Shown here piece after piece: positions 12,987-25,843 of a DNA stretch of 64,000 nucleotides. The notes under the pieces are model-generated. The model did no database searches. It was not told the origin of the DNA and saw only the letters and a program-made list of their open reading frames with translations. Source of the stretch: Octopus vulgaris (lineage: Eukaryota). The stretch covers positions 197,718,001 through 197,782,000 of the forward strand of contig OX597814.1 in assembly GCA_951406725.2 (NCBI GenBank), written 5' to 3'. A program made the position numbers and the translations under genes. Each line of letters begins with the position of its first letter. Positions within the stretch are counted from its first letter, which is position 1.

Positions 12987-12992
<6 letters not shown>
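12805..12992 (-). mobile_element. Short repeat of the hammerhead-bearing family (ribozyme stem II deleted), inside (TA)n
   Basis: Reverse complement aligns by eye with 50682-50890; it retains CCGACGAAACGTT where the other copy has the full core. Confidence 0.65.
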
Positions 12993-13028
<36 letters not shown>

Positions 13029-13719
13029 AAGCAGTTATACTTTAATTTCAATGTTTTCGATTTTACAAAGGTATGGATTAAATATATTTTTTCTAGTTAT
13101 GAAATATAATGTATAATGCGATGCGGATTATGACTTTATTATTCTATTATTGAAATTCTATTATTCTATTTTATTGGCTAAACTAGCAAAATGAAGCAAA
13201 GTAACAGCAAATATATAGTGCGTGTGTTTTTATTGGCTAAACTGGGAAAATGACCATTCCTAAATACAACAATATTCTATTATCATTTGCTGATTTTTCT
13301 AGTAGACAATCCTGGCTATTCTTAGTCATAAATTCTGAGGAAAACTTTTACTATAATGCAAAAATAAGTAGGGCATATCTATTTTATTGCTCAGGATAAA
13401 ATAAACCCGTATACATTTAGATTTAACACTTTCTTGTACATTAAAAACTAAGACTGTCTCGGAAGAGATCTATTTACTCTCAACAACGTTTGTGAAAATA
13501 TACCGAACTAAGCTATGAGTGAGACTGTTGAACTTTAGGGTACAATTCATTGGCGAACTCGGTCTGCTTTCACAATTGTCTAAAAAAAGAATTTCTCTTT
13601 AGAGACAGTTGCCGAAACGAAGATCTTTTCACATTTGAGCGTAAATGAACGTGTTAAATGTTTATGCACAAAGTTTTATTTTGGTCATTACTGATTAGTG
13701 CACCTTTAGAACTTCGCCT

Positions 13720-14452
13720 ACCACAGACGCAACCGGTGACTCCCCACATTATATATTTTATATACCATGGAGTCACCAGTGACTCCCAACAGTAATGTTT
13801 TTTATGGACCTTCACATTAATGTGATTCAAATTACCTTATTTGAACTCTAGGAAATGTACAGAATATGTTTCTTAGTATTTTTCGTGTGATTTTCGATTG
13901 CGGAGACTTGAAATTCATCAGAAGTTGGGGGACCAGGCTCGATATCAGAAGGGCACAAGTCGCTGTCATCTTCATCATTCGAGCGTTACTCTCCAAAATG
14001 AAAAGAATTAAAGCTTAAATAATCTGGAATATAATCTGTAGGCAAAAAATCATAAATATTTTTTTTATATCCATATAGGTATAATAGTGGAGGCGCATGG
14101 CTTAGTGGTTAGGGTGTCGGCACTATGATCGTAAGATTGTGGTTTCGATTCCTGGACCGGGCGACACGTTGTGTTCTTGAGCAAATCACTTCATTTCACG
14201 TTGCTCCAGTCCACTCAGCTGGCAAAAATGTTTAACGCTGCGATGGACTGGCGTCCCGTCCAGTTGGGGAGCACATGCGCCATAGAAACCGGGAAACGGG
14301 GTCCATGGGCCTGGCTAGGCTTTAACAGGGCGCATTTATTATTATTCATAGGTATAATAACCATTTTAACACTTTTTAACGTGTGTCACGGTGATTCCCG
14401 TGGTACATATTGAATATAAAATTTGTTCTGTAGCGCGGGAGTCCCCGGTGAT
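13720..14452. mobile_element. Non-autonomous DNA transposon remnant with subterminal inverted motifs and a nested SINE C
   Basis: ACCGGTGACTCCC / TACCATGGAGTCACC near 13730-13785 are mirrored by GGTGATTCCCGTGGTA / GGGAGTCCCCGGT near 14390-14450. Confidence 0.45.
14087..14347 (+). mobile_element. SINE C variant with 12 bp TSD
   Basis: GTGGAGGCGCATGGCTTAGTGG head; GCGATGGACTGGCGTCCCGTCCAG body; TSD ATAGGTATAATA at 14075-14086 and 14348-14359. Confidence 0.9.
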
Positions 14453-14456
14453 ATCC

Positions 14457-14872
14457 TTTTCTACTCTAGACACAAGGCCCGAAATTTGGGGGAAGGGGGT
14501 CAGTCGATTAGATCGGCTCCAGTACGCAACTGCTACTTAATTTATTGACCCCGAAAGGATGAAAGGCAAAGTCGACCTCGGCGGAATTTGAACTCAGAAC
14601 GTAACGACAGACGAAATACCTATTTCTTTACTACCCACAAGGGGCTAAACACAGAGAGGACAAAGAAGGACAGACAAACGAATTAAGTCGATTATATTGA
14701 CCCCAGTGCGTAACTGGTACTTATTTAATCGACCCCGAAAGGATGAAAGGCAAAGTCAACCTCGGCGGAATTTGAACTCAGAACGTAACGGCCGACGAAA
14801 TACGGCTACGCATTTCACCCGGCGTGCTAACGTTTCTGCCAGCTCGCCTGCCTTTTCTGCCTGCTCGCCGCC
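14457..14872 (-). mobile_element. Dimeric SINE A (head-body-tail1-body-tail2)
   Basis: Two CCCCGAAAGGATGAAAGGCAAAGTC units with different tails. Confidence 0.9.
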
Positions 14873-15090
14873 TTTCCAGTGATATCGATGTAATAGTTTA
14901 TATAGTGAACTAGAACATACGCATAGTTAAAAAAAAATTTTAACGCGTAATTTATAACAAAATTAGACTGCTGATGCAAAAAGAAATAGGGAGCAAAACT
15001 GGCAGGTAAAGTTTTAAATATATACTCATATTCATTGGTCAAGCTAGCCACCTACGTTATTATAACAGCTCGTTTTTCATCATTTCATCA

Positions 15091-15267
15091 TATCCTGTAG
15101 CTCTAACAAACTTCCATAAAACTCTCAGACTTATTCCAACAATCAAATATGGCTGACATGATTAATCTGGCGTTGTTGAAACTCCGGAAGTTTAGTGATA
15201 AAAGTGTATGTCTTCCCACAAATTGCATTTCAAATAGTTGCTCTGAGGTATTGAACCACCATATGTG
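15091..15267 (+). repeat. Left arm of a ~177 bp inverted repeat (partner 18528-18705)
   Basis: Reverse complement matches 18528-18705 at roughly 90% identity by eye. Confidence 0.9.
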
Positions 15268-16220
15268 CTAGTTAGTATGACACATACCAACCATTTCCGA
15301 ATTGTCTGATGTCATTGACTATCAGGTGATTTATATTAGTGAATATTTTTTCCAGTTAGAGGAATCTATTAAGTTCAATACAATAACTATAAAATATTCG
15401 TGTCTGTGCACTTTTTTTTTACTATAATTCCTAAGGAATACAAATCGAACCACTTCAAAGCAATATTCATTGTAAAAACTTAATCTATTTTCATATGACA
15501 TTTAATAAGAGGTGATGTTGAGATTGTTTAAGGAAAATGACAAGTCTTCGACATCTTAAATGTTGCAGCCAACTTTACAAGGTTTTCTAAGATAAAAGCA
15601 AGAGACGAAAAAGAAAAAAAATATTTGGAGAAATTAAAAATAGAAAACGCGGTTTTACATCATTATATTTAATGTGGTGAAATTTTTTTTTCTCTATTTT
15701 TTTGGCATTTATGGTGAAAGAAAAGATTAAAAACGTCAACGACTTTATTATTTTTTTTCTTTCGTTTAGAGTGTTTAATTCCATGGGTTTTTCATTGAAC
15801 TGACATTCAACTAAGGAGATTTATGGAAAGGTGACAAAATAAAAATATAAATAACTACTGGTTAACTCAATCGAATCCATACGGCAAAGAACCATTTTCA
15901 CACCCTTTCCTTTATTCAAGTAAAACTTGTCTAAAACGATTATTTTCATTTTATGTAGCAGTTCACTCACACACACACGCACATACACACGCACATACAC
16001 ACACAGAAACGGACACCCTCCGCCATCAAAGGCAATCGAGTTACCCAAGAAGTAATTCTAAGGTGAGACTTAAAATACTGCTGTAGTTATCAAATTGTAT
16101 TAATGATGTTTAATTAACAACATGCTTCAACAGAAATTGTTAAAACGTAAAATGTCTGAAAAGTTTCAATCGATTTTCTGACATAAAGATGAGTTTAGCT
16201 GCGGAATAATAAATCAAACG

Positions 16221-16273
<53 letters not shown>

Positions 16274-16465
16274 AATTAACACCTAGAAATATATTTTGCA
16301 GAGTTTCGGCATAAGAAAGTAATAATGGTAATGCAACAAGCAAATATTCATATCTCAGTGATATATGGAATATAGTATTCATGCAAGATAATGTATGAGT
16401 GTGTGTGTTTGTGTGTGTAATACAACATATGAATATATAAAAATGTGTATATAGATGTGTGTGTG

Positions 16466-16505
<40 letters not shown>

Positions 16506-16576
16506 GAAAAATATATATACATATACACATAGTACATCCTGTGTGTACAGTTACATGTGTATACATACATGTGCAA

Positions 16577-16625
<49 letters not shown>

Positions 16626-16771
16626 GCATTATATTATGTTATATACGTATGTATATACACAATAATATATCTATGGATTTATGGATAAATATACAATTAT
16701 ATGCATGTGTGTATGTGTGTATATATCTATATACATATATAAATTGATTATGGATGTAGATATATATGTGT

Positions 16772-16809
<38 letters not shown>

Positions 16810-17007
16810 AGATTCAATAGGGTATAAAATGCCATTTGCTAGCCACCTTATTATTACTACAAATAACGGTAATAATGCTTCTTATACATATGCATATACA
16901 TTTAAATGTATTTCTTTGTATATATATATGACTACACACTCATATATATATATATATTCATTTATAAATTTAGACGTCATAGCGTCTGCTGTAACTGAAA
17001 GAATTCC

Positions 17008-17233
17008 ATCACGAAAGTTCCATTGAATACCACACAAAGCTGTTAAATTCACCTTAAATTTAAATATATTTCATGATGCGTCAAAATTATCGTCCCCCAA
17101 CTGTGTTACCGTGGAGCTGAGTCACCGACCAGGTCACAGTTGTGCGACGAAACTTTTAACACCTCATAAAATAAATTGAAATCAAAAGTGAATTTAACAG
17201 TTTTGTGTGGTTACTAAATGGCTTTTTTATGAT
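17008..17233. mobile_element. Imperfect ~225 bp palindrome (MITE/foldback-like)
   Basis: ACCACACAAAGCTGTTAAATTCAC (17029-17052) pairs with GTGAATTTAACAGTTTTGTGTGGT (17188-17211); inner CAACTGTG pairs with CACAGTTG. Confidence 0.75.
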
Positions 17234-18527
17234 GTACTTGCTTAAATTTATGTTGAAATTATTTTAATCTTGAAAATCAATATCAACGCAGAAAGAAAAT
17301 CTTATATTGATTGACTAAGTTTTACTGTTCGTAACTTATTGATATCGATAAATTTGATAAAACTACCAAGAGGAAACTAGTGTTTGATAAGTTGGACCTA
17401 TTAATGTCAAATGTTCGTAATTTCCTATAAGCTGCTCCAAACGAACATGGTCATACCATTAATAAAACTCCTGACATTTCCCAGCTTTTTACACGATGAA
17501 ACTTCGCTAATAAGGCATAAAATCTATGTGTCAAACAGCTGTTCCGTCAAGGTTAAATGTAATAAGCTCCTCGTTTTCGGATTAGCCAACCTTCCAGAAT
17601 AACCCAAGTTTAATGCTCACTCGCATCAATTTATCATTGTCCGTATCAAAACCTGTCTCGTCACGTGATCACTAAAATATGCAGTTCTTGTTGGTGAGTG
17701 GTGGGGGGAGTTAGAGCCTGGAAATAGGATTAGCAAAGACATGTTATTAAATCGTTATTTCCGATTCTTTCTTCAATGCTACACTTCAACATAGTCTTTT
17801 GGAAATACCTTTATATTACAAAAGGAAGATTCACACGAATTTTCCCTCCTACCGTTTTTGGTCTCTGCTCTCTATTCTCTTTTTCTCTCCTCCTCCTTTT
17901 CATTCTTTCTCTCTCTCTCTTTTTCTCTCTCTCTTTCTCTCTCTCTCTTTCTCTTTCCCTATCTTCCCACTTTACCCCATCTCTTTGCTCATCTCCTTTG
18001 TCTTTCTCACGCTTAATCTCGCCATTAACAATGCACCGAGGTCAACACAGTAAAGATACATTGATTAACGAGGTAGAAGGTTAGCTACACCAATCCCTTT
18101 AAAACTGACAGAAGCGATTTGAAACTGCAAAACTAATTTCTCATTTCTATGTAGATCCACAATGAAATAAGCAGAGCATAATTGGTCGATTTCAAGTTCG
18201 AAGAGGTTGCTAGAAGCTTGATCTGATTTTTATGGGAAATTTTGCATTAATATCTCCGAAAAGTTTGGCTTATTAAAACAATATCCTGAACCCGGTGTTC
18301 TCCAAGTAGTTTTAGATTTTCTATTAATCACACATTTATATATATCTGTGCGTGCTTGGTTACGTTCTTAGAACTTACACACACAGACGTAACAACACCC
18401 GTAATAACAAACATGAGTGTGTCTTAAGATGGAGAAAGAACTGAAGAAGGAAGGAAGGGAAGAAGCAGAAACATAGTTGGTGGGTATAAAACAATATGCC
18501 GATAAAACCAATCAATTATTCTTACTT

Positions 18528-18705
18528 CACATATGGTGGTTCAATATCTCAGAGCAACTATTTGAAATGCAATTTGTGGGAAGACATGCATTTTTCTCAC
18601 TAAACTTCCGTAGTTTCAGCAACGCCAGATTATATCGTGTCAGCCATATTTGATTGTTGGAATAAGTCTGGGAGTTTTATGGAAGTTTGTCAGAGCTACA
18701 GGATA
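18528..18705 (-). repeat. Right arm of a ~177 bp inverted repeat (partner 15091-15267)
   Basis: CACATATGGTGGTTCAATA...GAGCTACAGGATA is the reverse complement of the left arm. Confidence 0.9.
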
Positions 18706-18959
18706 CGTATTTCTGTCTTTCCTGGATGAGGACAGCCGAAGTTAAATATATTAACCCACGGTCATATACGTTGATAGATAATTTTCTCACGTTTTTTTTT
18801 TCTTTCTATTTACGGGTATATATTTAGGAGTACGTACATTTGGATACACATACACGCACACACACACAGACAACACACACACACACATGCACGCACATAT
18901 TTATATATAGGCGTGTGCACTTGCACATACAGATATTATATAGATAGACGCACAGGCAA

Positions 18960-18973
18960 ACAATCAGACAGGC

Positions 18974-19006
<33 letters not shown>

Positions 19007-19158
19007 GGCAGGCAGGCAGGCAGGCAGGCAGATAGATAGATAGATAGATAGATAGATGGATGGATAGATGAGTAAATAGATAGATAGATGGATGGATAGA
19101 TGAGTAAATAGATAGATAGATGGATGGATAGATGAGTAAATAGATAGATGGATGGATG

Positions 19159-19197
<39 letters not shown>

Positions 19198-19308
19198 GAG
19201 TAGATAGATAGATAGATGGATGGATAGATGAGTAGATAGATGGATGGATGGATAGATAGATAGATAGATAGATAGCTGAGTAAATAGATAGATAGGTAGG
19301 TAGGTGAG

Positions 19309-19365
<57 letters not shown>
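18960..19365. repeat. (GACA)n/(GGCA)n/(GATA)n tetranucleotide microsatellite
   Basis: Seen directly. Confidence 0.95.
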
Positions 19366-19491
19366 GTGAGTATACGTATGTGTGTGAGTGTGTATATTTG
19401 TGCGTATATGCATTTACGTATCTATGCATTTATATACAGTCATAGGAAAGATTGAGTTGGAAGTTATTATTGACGGCTATTTTTCATTGTT

Positions 19492-19800
19492 GTGGAGGCA
19501 CATGGCGTAGTGGTTTGAACAGCGGACTCACAGTCGAGGGATCGCGGGTTCGAATCTCAGACCGGGCAATGTGTATGTTTATGAGCAAAACACCTAAGCT
19601 CCATGTGGCTCCGGCAGAAGGTAATGGCGAACTTCTGCTGACTCTTTCGCCACAAAATTTCTCTCACTCTTTCCTCTTGCATCTTGCAGCTCACCTGCGA
19701 CGGACCGGTGTCCCGTCCAGGTGGGGAACCTATACGCCAAGGAAACCGGGAAACCGGCACTATGAGCCAGGCGTGACTCGAGAAGGAACAAACATCTTTC
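19492..19800 (+). mobile_element. SINE C variant
   Basis: GTGGAGGCACATGGCGTAGTGG head, GGTTCGAATC B-box, TCCCGTCCAG...GGAAACCGGGAAACCGG body. Confidence 0.85.
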
Positions 19801-20062
19801 TTTGTTATTACTAATATACGCATCTTTTATAGGAAGGCGGCGATCTGGCAAAGTCGTTAGCACGCCAGGTTCAATGTTTAGCGGCATTTTGTTCGTCTTT
19901 ACGTTCTAAGTTCAATACCGCTCCAATTCGATTCTGCCTTTCTTCCTTTCGAACTCGGTGAAAGAAATACCAGCTGAGCACTGGGGTCGGTTTAACTCTC
20001 CTGAAATTACTATCCGTCTGCCAAAATTGAAACCAATATATTTTTATAGTCCAGCAATTTTT

Positions 20063-20313
20063 TCAATTCAGTTCAATTTTTATTGGCTCAAAAAGCAAAA
20101 GCAAGGCCGTGTAGGATGACAAGGAGGGTGTTCATACAAAGAGTTCAGGCCATTTCTAGTCAAGAGAGGCTTTGAACTATCTCGTCTGGCAGCTTATTCC
20201 ACGGATCCGCAACCCGGACGCAAAAACCCCCTCTCCTTCGATTGAGATGAAATCGTCGTAGATAGAGCTTTTCGGAGTGACCCCGCAGCCCACGCTCTGG
20301 AGCAGGAGTGAAG
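20063..20313 (-). mobile_element. CR1 LINE 3' end (ORF2 C-terminus and 3' UTR)
   Basis: Minus translation LRGHSEKLYLRRFHLNRR...RVADPWNKLPDEIV is a typical CR1 ORF2 C-terminus; it ends in AATAAAATTGAACTGAATTGAA. Confidence 0.8.
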
Positions 20314-21808
20314 CAATTTAGCAGTTGGGAGTCGGACTAAATGTGTTACAATAATATAGTTGTTTCTTTTACATTTTGAGCTGATTTATGATCTAAACCG
20401 GCTTGTATTTTATTTCTAGTTTGTGATAAAATCAGTATACCAACGATATACTGAGGTCTCTTCCATCGCCTATAACCCCGACACCCACTCACCTACAAAA
20501 TATTGGCTTTGATCTAAAAACTAATCAATAATAATATATTGTTCTAAAACATCTGTCAATGTTTGAAAACGATGGTTGACAATAAAACTTTTACTTAATA
20601 TTTCTTTCATCAATATATTGAATATCAGTCTGTAATGGAACCTCGTACACTCAATAAAAATTCATTTTTAAAAGTGAAACTAGCCAAACAGTATTTACTT
20701 TGAAACCCTCTACTTTGTTCGGAGATTGTCTGCTTTTGTATGCAAACAGCTTTCAAATGTTCATCAAGGGAAAGTGTTGATGTGCTTAAAAGCTTTTATC
20801 TCCTATGTTCCTTTACATTTATAATCCATATTTTTAAAAGAAAATTGTCATTAAATATTTATGGTTCACCGATTATTAAGGTTATGCGTAAATAGTGAGA
20901 CATTCCGAACGATTATCAATATTAACTCTGTGATCGATATTAAACTTACTAAATCTACCAGTGCTTTGTTTTACTACATTAAGTGGTTCGACATCACTAT
21001 TCTTCACCTAAATTTCTGATCTTGTTTCCAATATCGATCTGCTTATCTTTAGTACAAACCTACAAAAGTTGAAAAACGTATAAGCAAAACAGATAAAAAC
21101 ATTGAATATTTATTTTTTAAGTCAACATTTTTCTTCAGAAATTAAGAAAAAAAGTAGGAAGTATATATTATATCTAAAACCCTCCCAGACAGAATATTGA
21201 CTCCATAGAATTTTCCAAAACAGATACATAACTCCAATTCTCCTGTAAGCACTTCGAAGAAAGAATAAAAGGGTAACATTTTTGCATTTCTTTAATAAAA
21301 ACTGTTTATGATGAGAGAAACAAAAGATTTCATTATTGTGTTTTGTCTTTCAGCGTTTTCTTTTGTAAAAAAAAATAAAAGAAACAGGGATTTGTTTTGT
21401 TTTAATCTTCAACAAAATCGCAATTTTTCCCAGGCTTGCCTTTGTTCGGTTGTTATTTCTTTTCTTTCCCTGATTTGTTTCTTATTAATATTTTGTAGTC
21501 TTTGGTTTTGAAAGAAGCGAAAAGCACTTAGAGTGTTGTTTGAAACTCAAAAAAACATGAAACGATGTTGTGTGACATTTGTTAGTCAAAAGTGACATTT
21601 TTAATAAAAGAAAAAGAGACATGTTTTTGTTCATAAAGCATGATGTCCTTGAAGGATATTTTCATATTTTATAAAGGAACATAATTTCATAAATCATTTA
21701 CATGAAGGCAAACTTTAGTCACTCTAATTTCAATGTATCTCATAGTTTTATAGTGTTAATTTACGTTTCTAGTGTGCGTGTGTGTATGTATATATCTATA
21801 TCTATCTA

Positions 21809-21842
<34 letters not shown>

Positions 21843-22339
21843 GTATGTATATGTTTGTGTGTGTGTGTTTGTCCCCCATCATCGCTTGACAACCGATGCT
21901 GGTGTGTTTACGTTCCAGTAATTTAGGAGTATCTGTGTGGTAAGTAGTTTTCTTACCCACTGCGTGGCACCCTGGGCAAGTGTCTTCTACTATAACTAAC
22001 CTCGAGCCGACCAAAGCCTTATGAGGGGATTTTGTAGACAAACTGGAAGACGCCTGTCGTATATATAATGTATGTATATGTTTGTGTGTCTGTGTTTATC
22101 CCCCATCATCGCTTGACAACCGATGTTGGTGTGTTTACGTTCCAGTAATTTAGCGGTTCGGCAAAAGAGACAGATAGAATAGGTACTAGGCTTACAATGA
22201 ATAAGCCCTGGAGTCGATCTGTTCGACTAAAGACGATGCTCCAGCAAAAAAAAAATGTGTGTGTGTGTGTGTGTTAAATAAAATGAGACAACAAAATCAA
22301 GGATGTGTGGAATTTTCCGGACATTTATTAAGAGAAAGT

Positions 22340-22391
22340 TAGTCTTACAGCTGTTTCTGGACTATTAAGGATATCCCTTCGTCAGAGACTA
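22340..22391 (-). ncRNA. Minimal type I hammerhead ribozyme motif
   Basis: Minus strand reads UAGUCU-CUGACGA-[stem II agggauauccuuaauagucca]-GAAAC-AGCU-GUA-AGACUA: 6 bp stem I, intact core and palindromic stem III. Confidence 0.7.
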
Positions 22392-22524
22392 TGTGAGATG
22401 GTTAAATAGAGGGAAATAGTAGAGTTCAGTATAAAGAATTATTTTGGAAAAGGATGGAAATAAGAAGTATAAAGGGAAATAAGAGAATAAAAGTAAAAAT
22501 AAAAATCTATGTTGGATGTTATAC

Positions 22525-23015
22525 CATGGTACCCACAACACTCCACCCAGGCCAGTGATCTCAAATTCCACCAAACATGTGTTCATGTGGGAACTGGCTG
22601 TGCTCTAGGAGAAACATATGGAGGAACTTCATGAGAGGAAGTTTGTCAAATACCAGGAGTTGGTAGAGTATTGCAGAAATTGGGGTTAGCGTGCAGATTG
22701 TAAAGCAAGAGAAGTGGGCTGTCGGGGTTTTATGGGACGTTCATTCTATAAAACTCCGACTGGGATTTGGGTTACTATCGCAGCAACGAGTGGGGGACTA
22801 TAAATTCTATCACTAAAGGTGCTAAGAAGGTCACTAGGCGGCTTTGGATAAAGCGAGCGGACTAGTGGTTTGCTACTACTGAGAAGCGAGCTAGGACTTG
22901 ATCAACCCCGGTTCGGTCAACAGGGCGAGTGGGTCAGATATTGAAAGACCCGAAACCCCTGAGACTCCAGAAACGCTAGTAATGATGCAGACCGGAGCAT
23001 CCACGCGATGTATCT
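22525..23015 (+). mobile_element. HERO-like RLE non-LTR retrotransposon 3' end
   Basis: Degenerate translation STKHVFMWELAVL*EKHMEELHERKFVKYQELVE...EVGCRGF; 3' UTR GATCAACCCCGG...GAAAGACCCGAAAC resembles HERO elements. Confidence 0.75.
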
Positions 23016-23074
23016 TAAAACTATATATAAATTACGTTAAAAAAAAGCAATTTTGTGCATTTCACAAATTTTAC

Positions 23075-23235
23075 TTAATCACCTTCAAAAAAACTCCCCT
23101 TGGCTGTCCACACTTTTCCCAGTGGTTCTGCCACAGCTGGTAACACCTCTGGAACGCCTTTTCTGGAATAAAATGGAGCTCCACCGTCGTTTTTCTCAGA
23201 ATTTCCTCTCGCAACTCAAATTGCTTCCCTTTCAC
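23075..23235 (-). mobile_element. mariner transposase C-terminal fragment
   Basis: Minus translation KGKQFELREEI...IPEKAFQRCYQLWQNHWEKC...FFEGD*. Confidence 0.75.
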
Positions 23236-23651
23236 TGTGGGCTTTTTCGATTTGGTTTTACATTTCTACAAGCCTAGGATTTGTCACTCATTAGAACCAC
23301 CGATAGAGATTTTGCGAAATACACACAGTATATCATTGTAATTTTTCACTTGGAAAGATCTATTCAAAGCAGCCTTCATGCTATCATGCATTTGGAACTT
23401 TAAGGTACCATCAGTTATTGGCTTAATGTTTGTTGATCGGTACCAGAATTTATGTTTATAATGAAGCTATGAACATCGATAGAATGAACTAAAGGAAATG
23501 TTTTTTAAAAAATGCGGTTCATAGCGCTGGCTTAGAATCCAAGTGACTGGTAAAATAACAAGATAGTAATTTAAAATTTAAGAATACTTTCATTAACCAG
23601 ACCAATGAGAACCGAAACAGGTTCCAATTCTTGTTAAGTAAATAAGAATAT

Positions 23652-23910
23652 GTGGAGGCACGTGGCTTAGTGGTTAGGGTGTGAGCATCATGATCGTAAG
23701 ATTGTGGTTTCGATTCTTGGACCGAGCGACGCGTTGTGTTCTTGAGCAAAACACTTCATTTCACGTTACTCCAGTCCACTCGGCTGGCAAACATGAGTAA
23801 CGCTGCGATGGACTGGCGTCCCGTCCAGCTGAGGAACACATACGCCATAGAAACCGGAAACCGGACCCATGAACCTGGCTAGACTTTAAAAGAGCGCATT
23901 TATTTATATT
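23652..23910 (+). mobile_element. SINE C variant with TSD
   Basis: Same family as 14087-14347; TAAATAAGAAT is duplicated on both sides. Confidence 0.9.
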
Positions 23911-24635
23911 TTTTTAAATAAGAATTTAATTCAATAATAGAGAATTTTGATTCTGTTTTACTGATCGTTAGTATTAGTCTAAATTCCTGCAATATTTATT
24001 ATCGATATATCATGTGAGATATGAAACGCTAGACATTTCCTCATTATATATAGAAACATCATGATAAAAGTCCATTATTCTTGATATATTGAGAAGCATG
24101 AAACAAACGATATCACCATATGCTATTTAGCACCATTAATTTCCTATGTTTATAAGCAAGCAGCTAAAATTGCGGATCCAGATCAATAGCTTATGCAGTT
24201 CTCTATTAAAAATCTTAAAATACAAATTTTTTTCATCATTGTTTGAAGGAAATCATTTAGATAATACAACGCGTATGTCAGAATTACCGTATCTCCGGTA
24301 AAGATATTTCCTACAAAGACGGTTCTCCTCAAATACTTTTTCTTTAATGCTAAAACTAGGAAAATGGTGGTATTGCAACATTGATTTCTGATAAAGACAC
24401 AAGGCCAACAATTTTAAGGAGAGACATGAGTTGACACCACTGACCCCAGTATGTTACTGGTATTTCTTTTTATTGGTTTTATTGGCCAGGAAAAGTTGAA
24501 GGGCAAAGTTGACCTCGGTACGATTTGAACTCAGGACATAAAGAACCAGAACGAATACCGCAAAGCATTTTCCCAAACAATCTAAAGACTCTAACAGCTC
24601 GTCACCATATGACATTGCAATAGTTATAACATTCA

Positions 24636-25190
24636 AGGCGGCGAGCTGGCAGAGATGTTAGCACGCCGGGCGAAATGCTTAGCGGTATTTCGTCTGCCGC
24701 TACGTTCTGAGTTCAAATTCCGCCGAGGTCGACTTTGCCTTTCATATTTTCGGAGTCGATTAAATAAGTACCAGTTACGCACTGGGGTCGATGTAATCGA
24801 CTTAATCCGTTTGTCTGTCCTTGTTTGTCTCCTCTGTGTTTAGCCCCTTGTGGGAAATAGAGAAATAGAAATAGGTATTTCTTCTGTCTTTACGATCTGA
24901 ATTCAAATTCCGCCGAGGTCGACTTTGCCTTTCATCCTTTCGGGGTCGATAAATTAAGTACCAGCTGCGTACTGGGGTCGATCTAATCGACTTACCTCCT
25001 CCCCAAACATTTCGGGCCTTGTACCTAGAGTAGAAAAGAATAATTTCAATATATACAAAGGCGGTGACTTGACAAAATCATTAGCGCGCCGTGCAAAATG
25101 CTTAGCGGCATTTCGTCCGTCTTTATGTTCTGAGTTCAAATGCCACCCGGGTCGATTTTTCCTTTCATCCCTTTCGGGGTCGATAAAATC
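24636..25190 (+). mobile_element. Dimeric SINE A followed by a partial third copy
   Basis: Head-body-tail1-body-tail2, then a new head near 25060. Confidence 0.9.
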
Positions 25191-25241
25191 ACTAACTTTG
25201 TGCATAAAATTGAAACTAATATAACACATGTAGGCTTATTT

Positions 25242-25843
25242 TTAACTCTTTGGCATTTAAACCGCCCATATTCGGTCCTAATATTCCACTGGAATATTCA
25301 TTGCAAGGCAAGATTCAGCCTCTTATACGTACCCTACAATCTCTTTCTAAAAATAAACGATCACGTCAATGAAACCCCGAAACTGCAAGATAATGCATGA
25401 TTAATTCAAAACAATGTTAATAAAGAAGGACATTTGGACCCCAGTGCGTAACTGGTACTTATTTAATCGGCCCCGAAAGGATGAAAGGCAAAGTGGACCT
25501 CGGCGGAATTTGAACACAGAACGTAGCGGCAGACGAAATACCTATTTCTTTACTACCCACAAGAGGCTAAACACAGAGAGGACAAACAAGGACAGACAAA
25601 CGGATTAAGTCGATTATATCGACCCCAGTGCGTAACTGGTACTTATTTAATCGACCCCGAAAGGATGAAAGGCAAAGTCGACCTCGGCAGAATTTGAACT
25701 CAGAACGTAGCGGCAGACGAAATACCTATTTCTTTACTACCCACAAGGGGCTAAACGCAGAGAGGACAAACAAGGACAGACAAACAAAACAATGTTAACA
25801 AACAAGGACATTTGTCAGAGTAATCTGAATGCAAAAGGGTTCA
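25242..25843. mobile_element. piggyBac-like MITE with a nested SINE A multimer (25437-25785, minus)
   Basis: TTAACTCTTTGGCATT at the left end and AATGCAAAAGGGTT at the right end. AAAACAATGTTAAYAAASAAGGACATTTG is duplicated around the SINE insert. Confidence 0.6.

Noticed and set aside
15960-16068. Possible upstream non-coding exon ending at AAG|GTGAGA (16062)
   Set aside because: A donor-like motif alone is insufficient; such motifs are frequent by chance and transcript data are needed.
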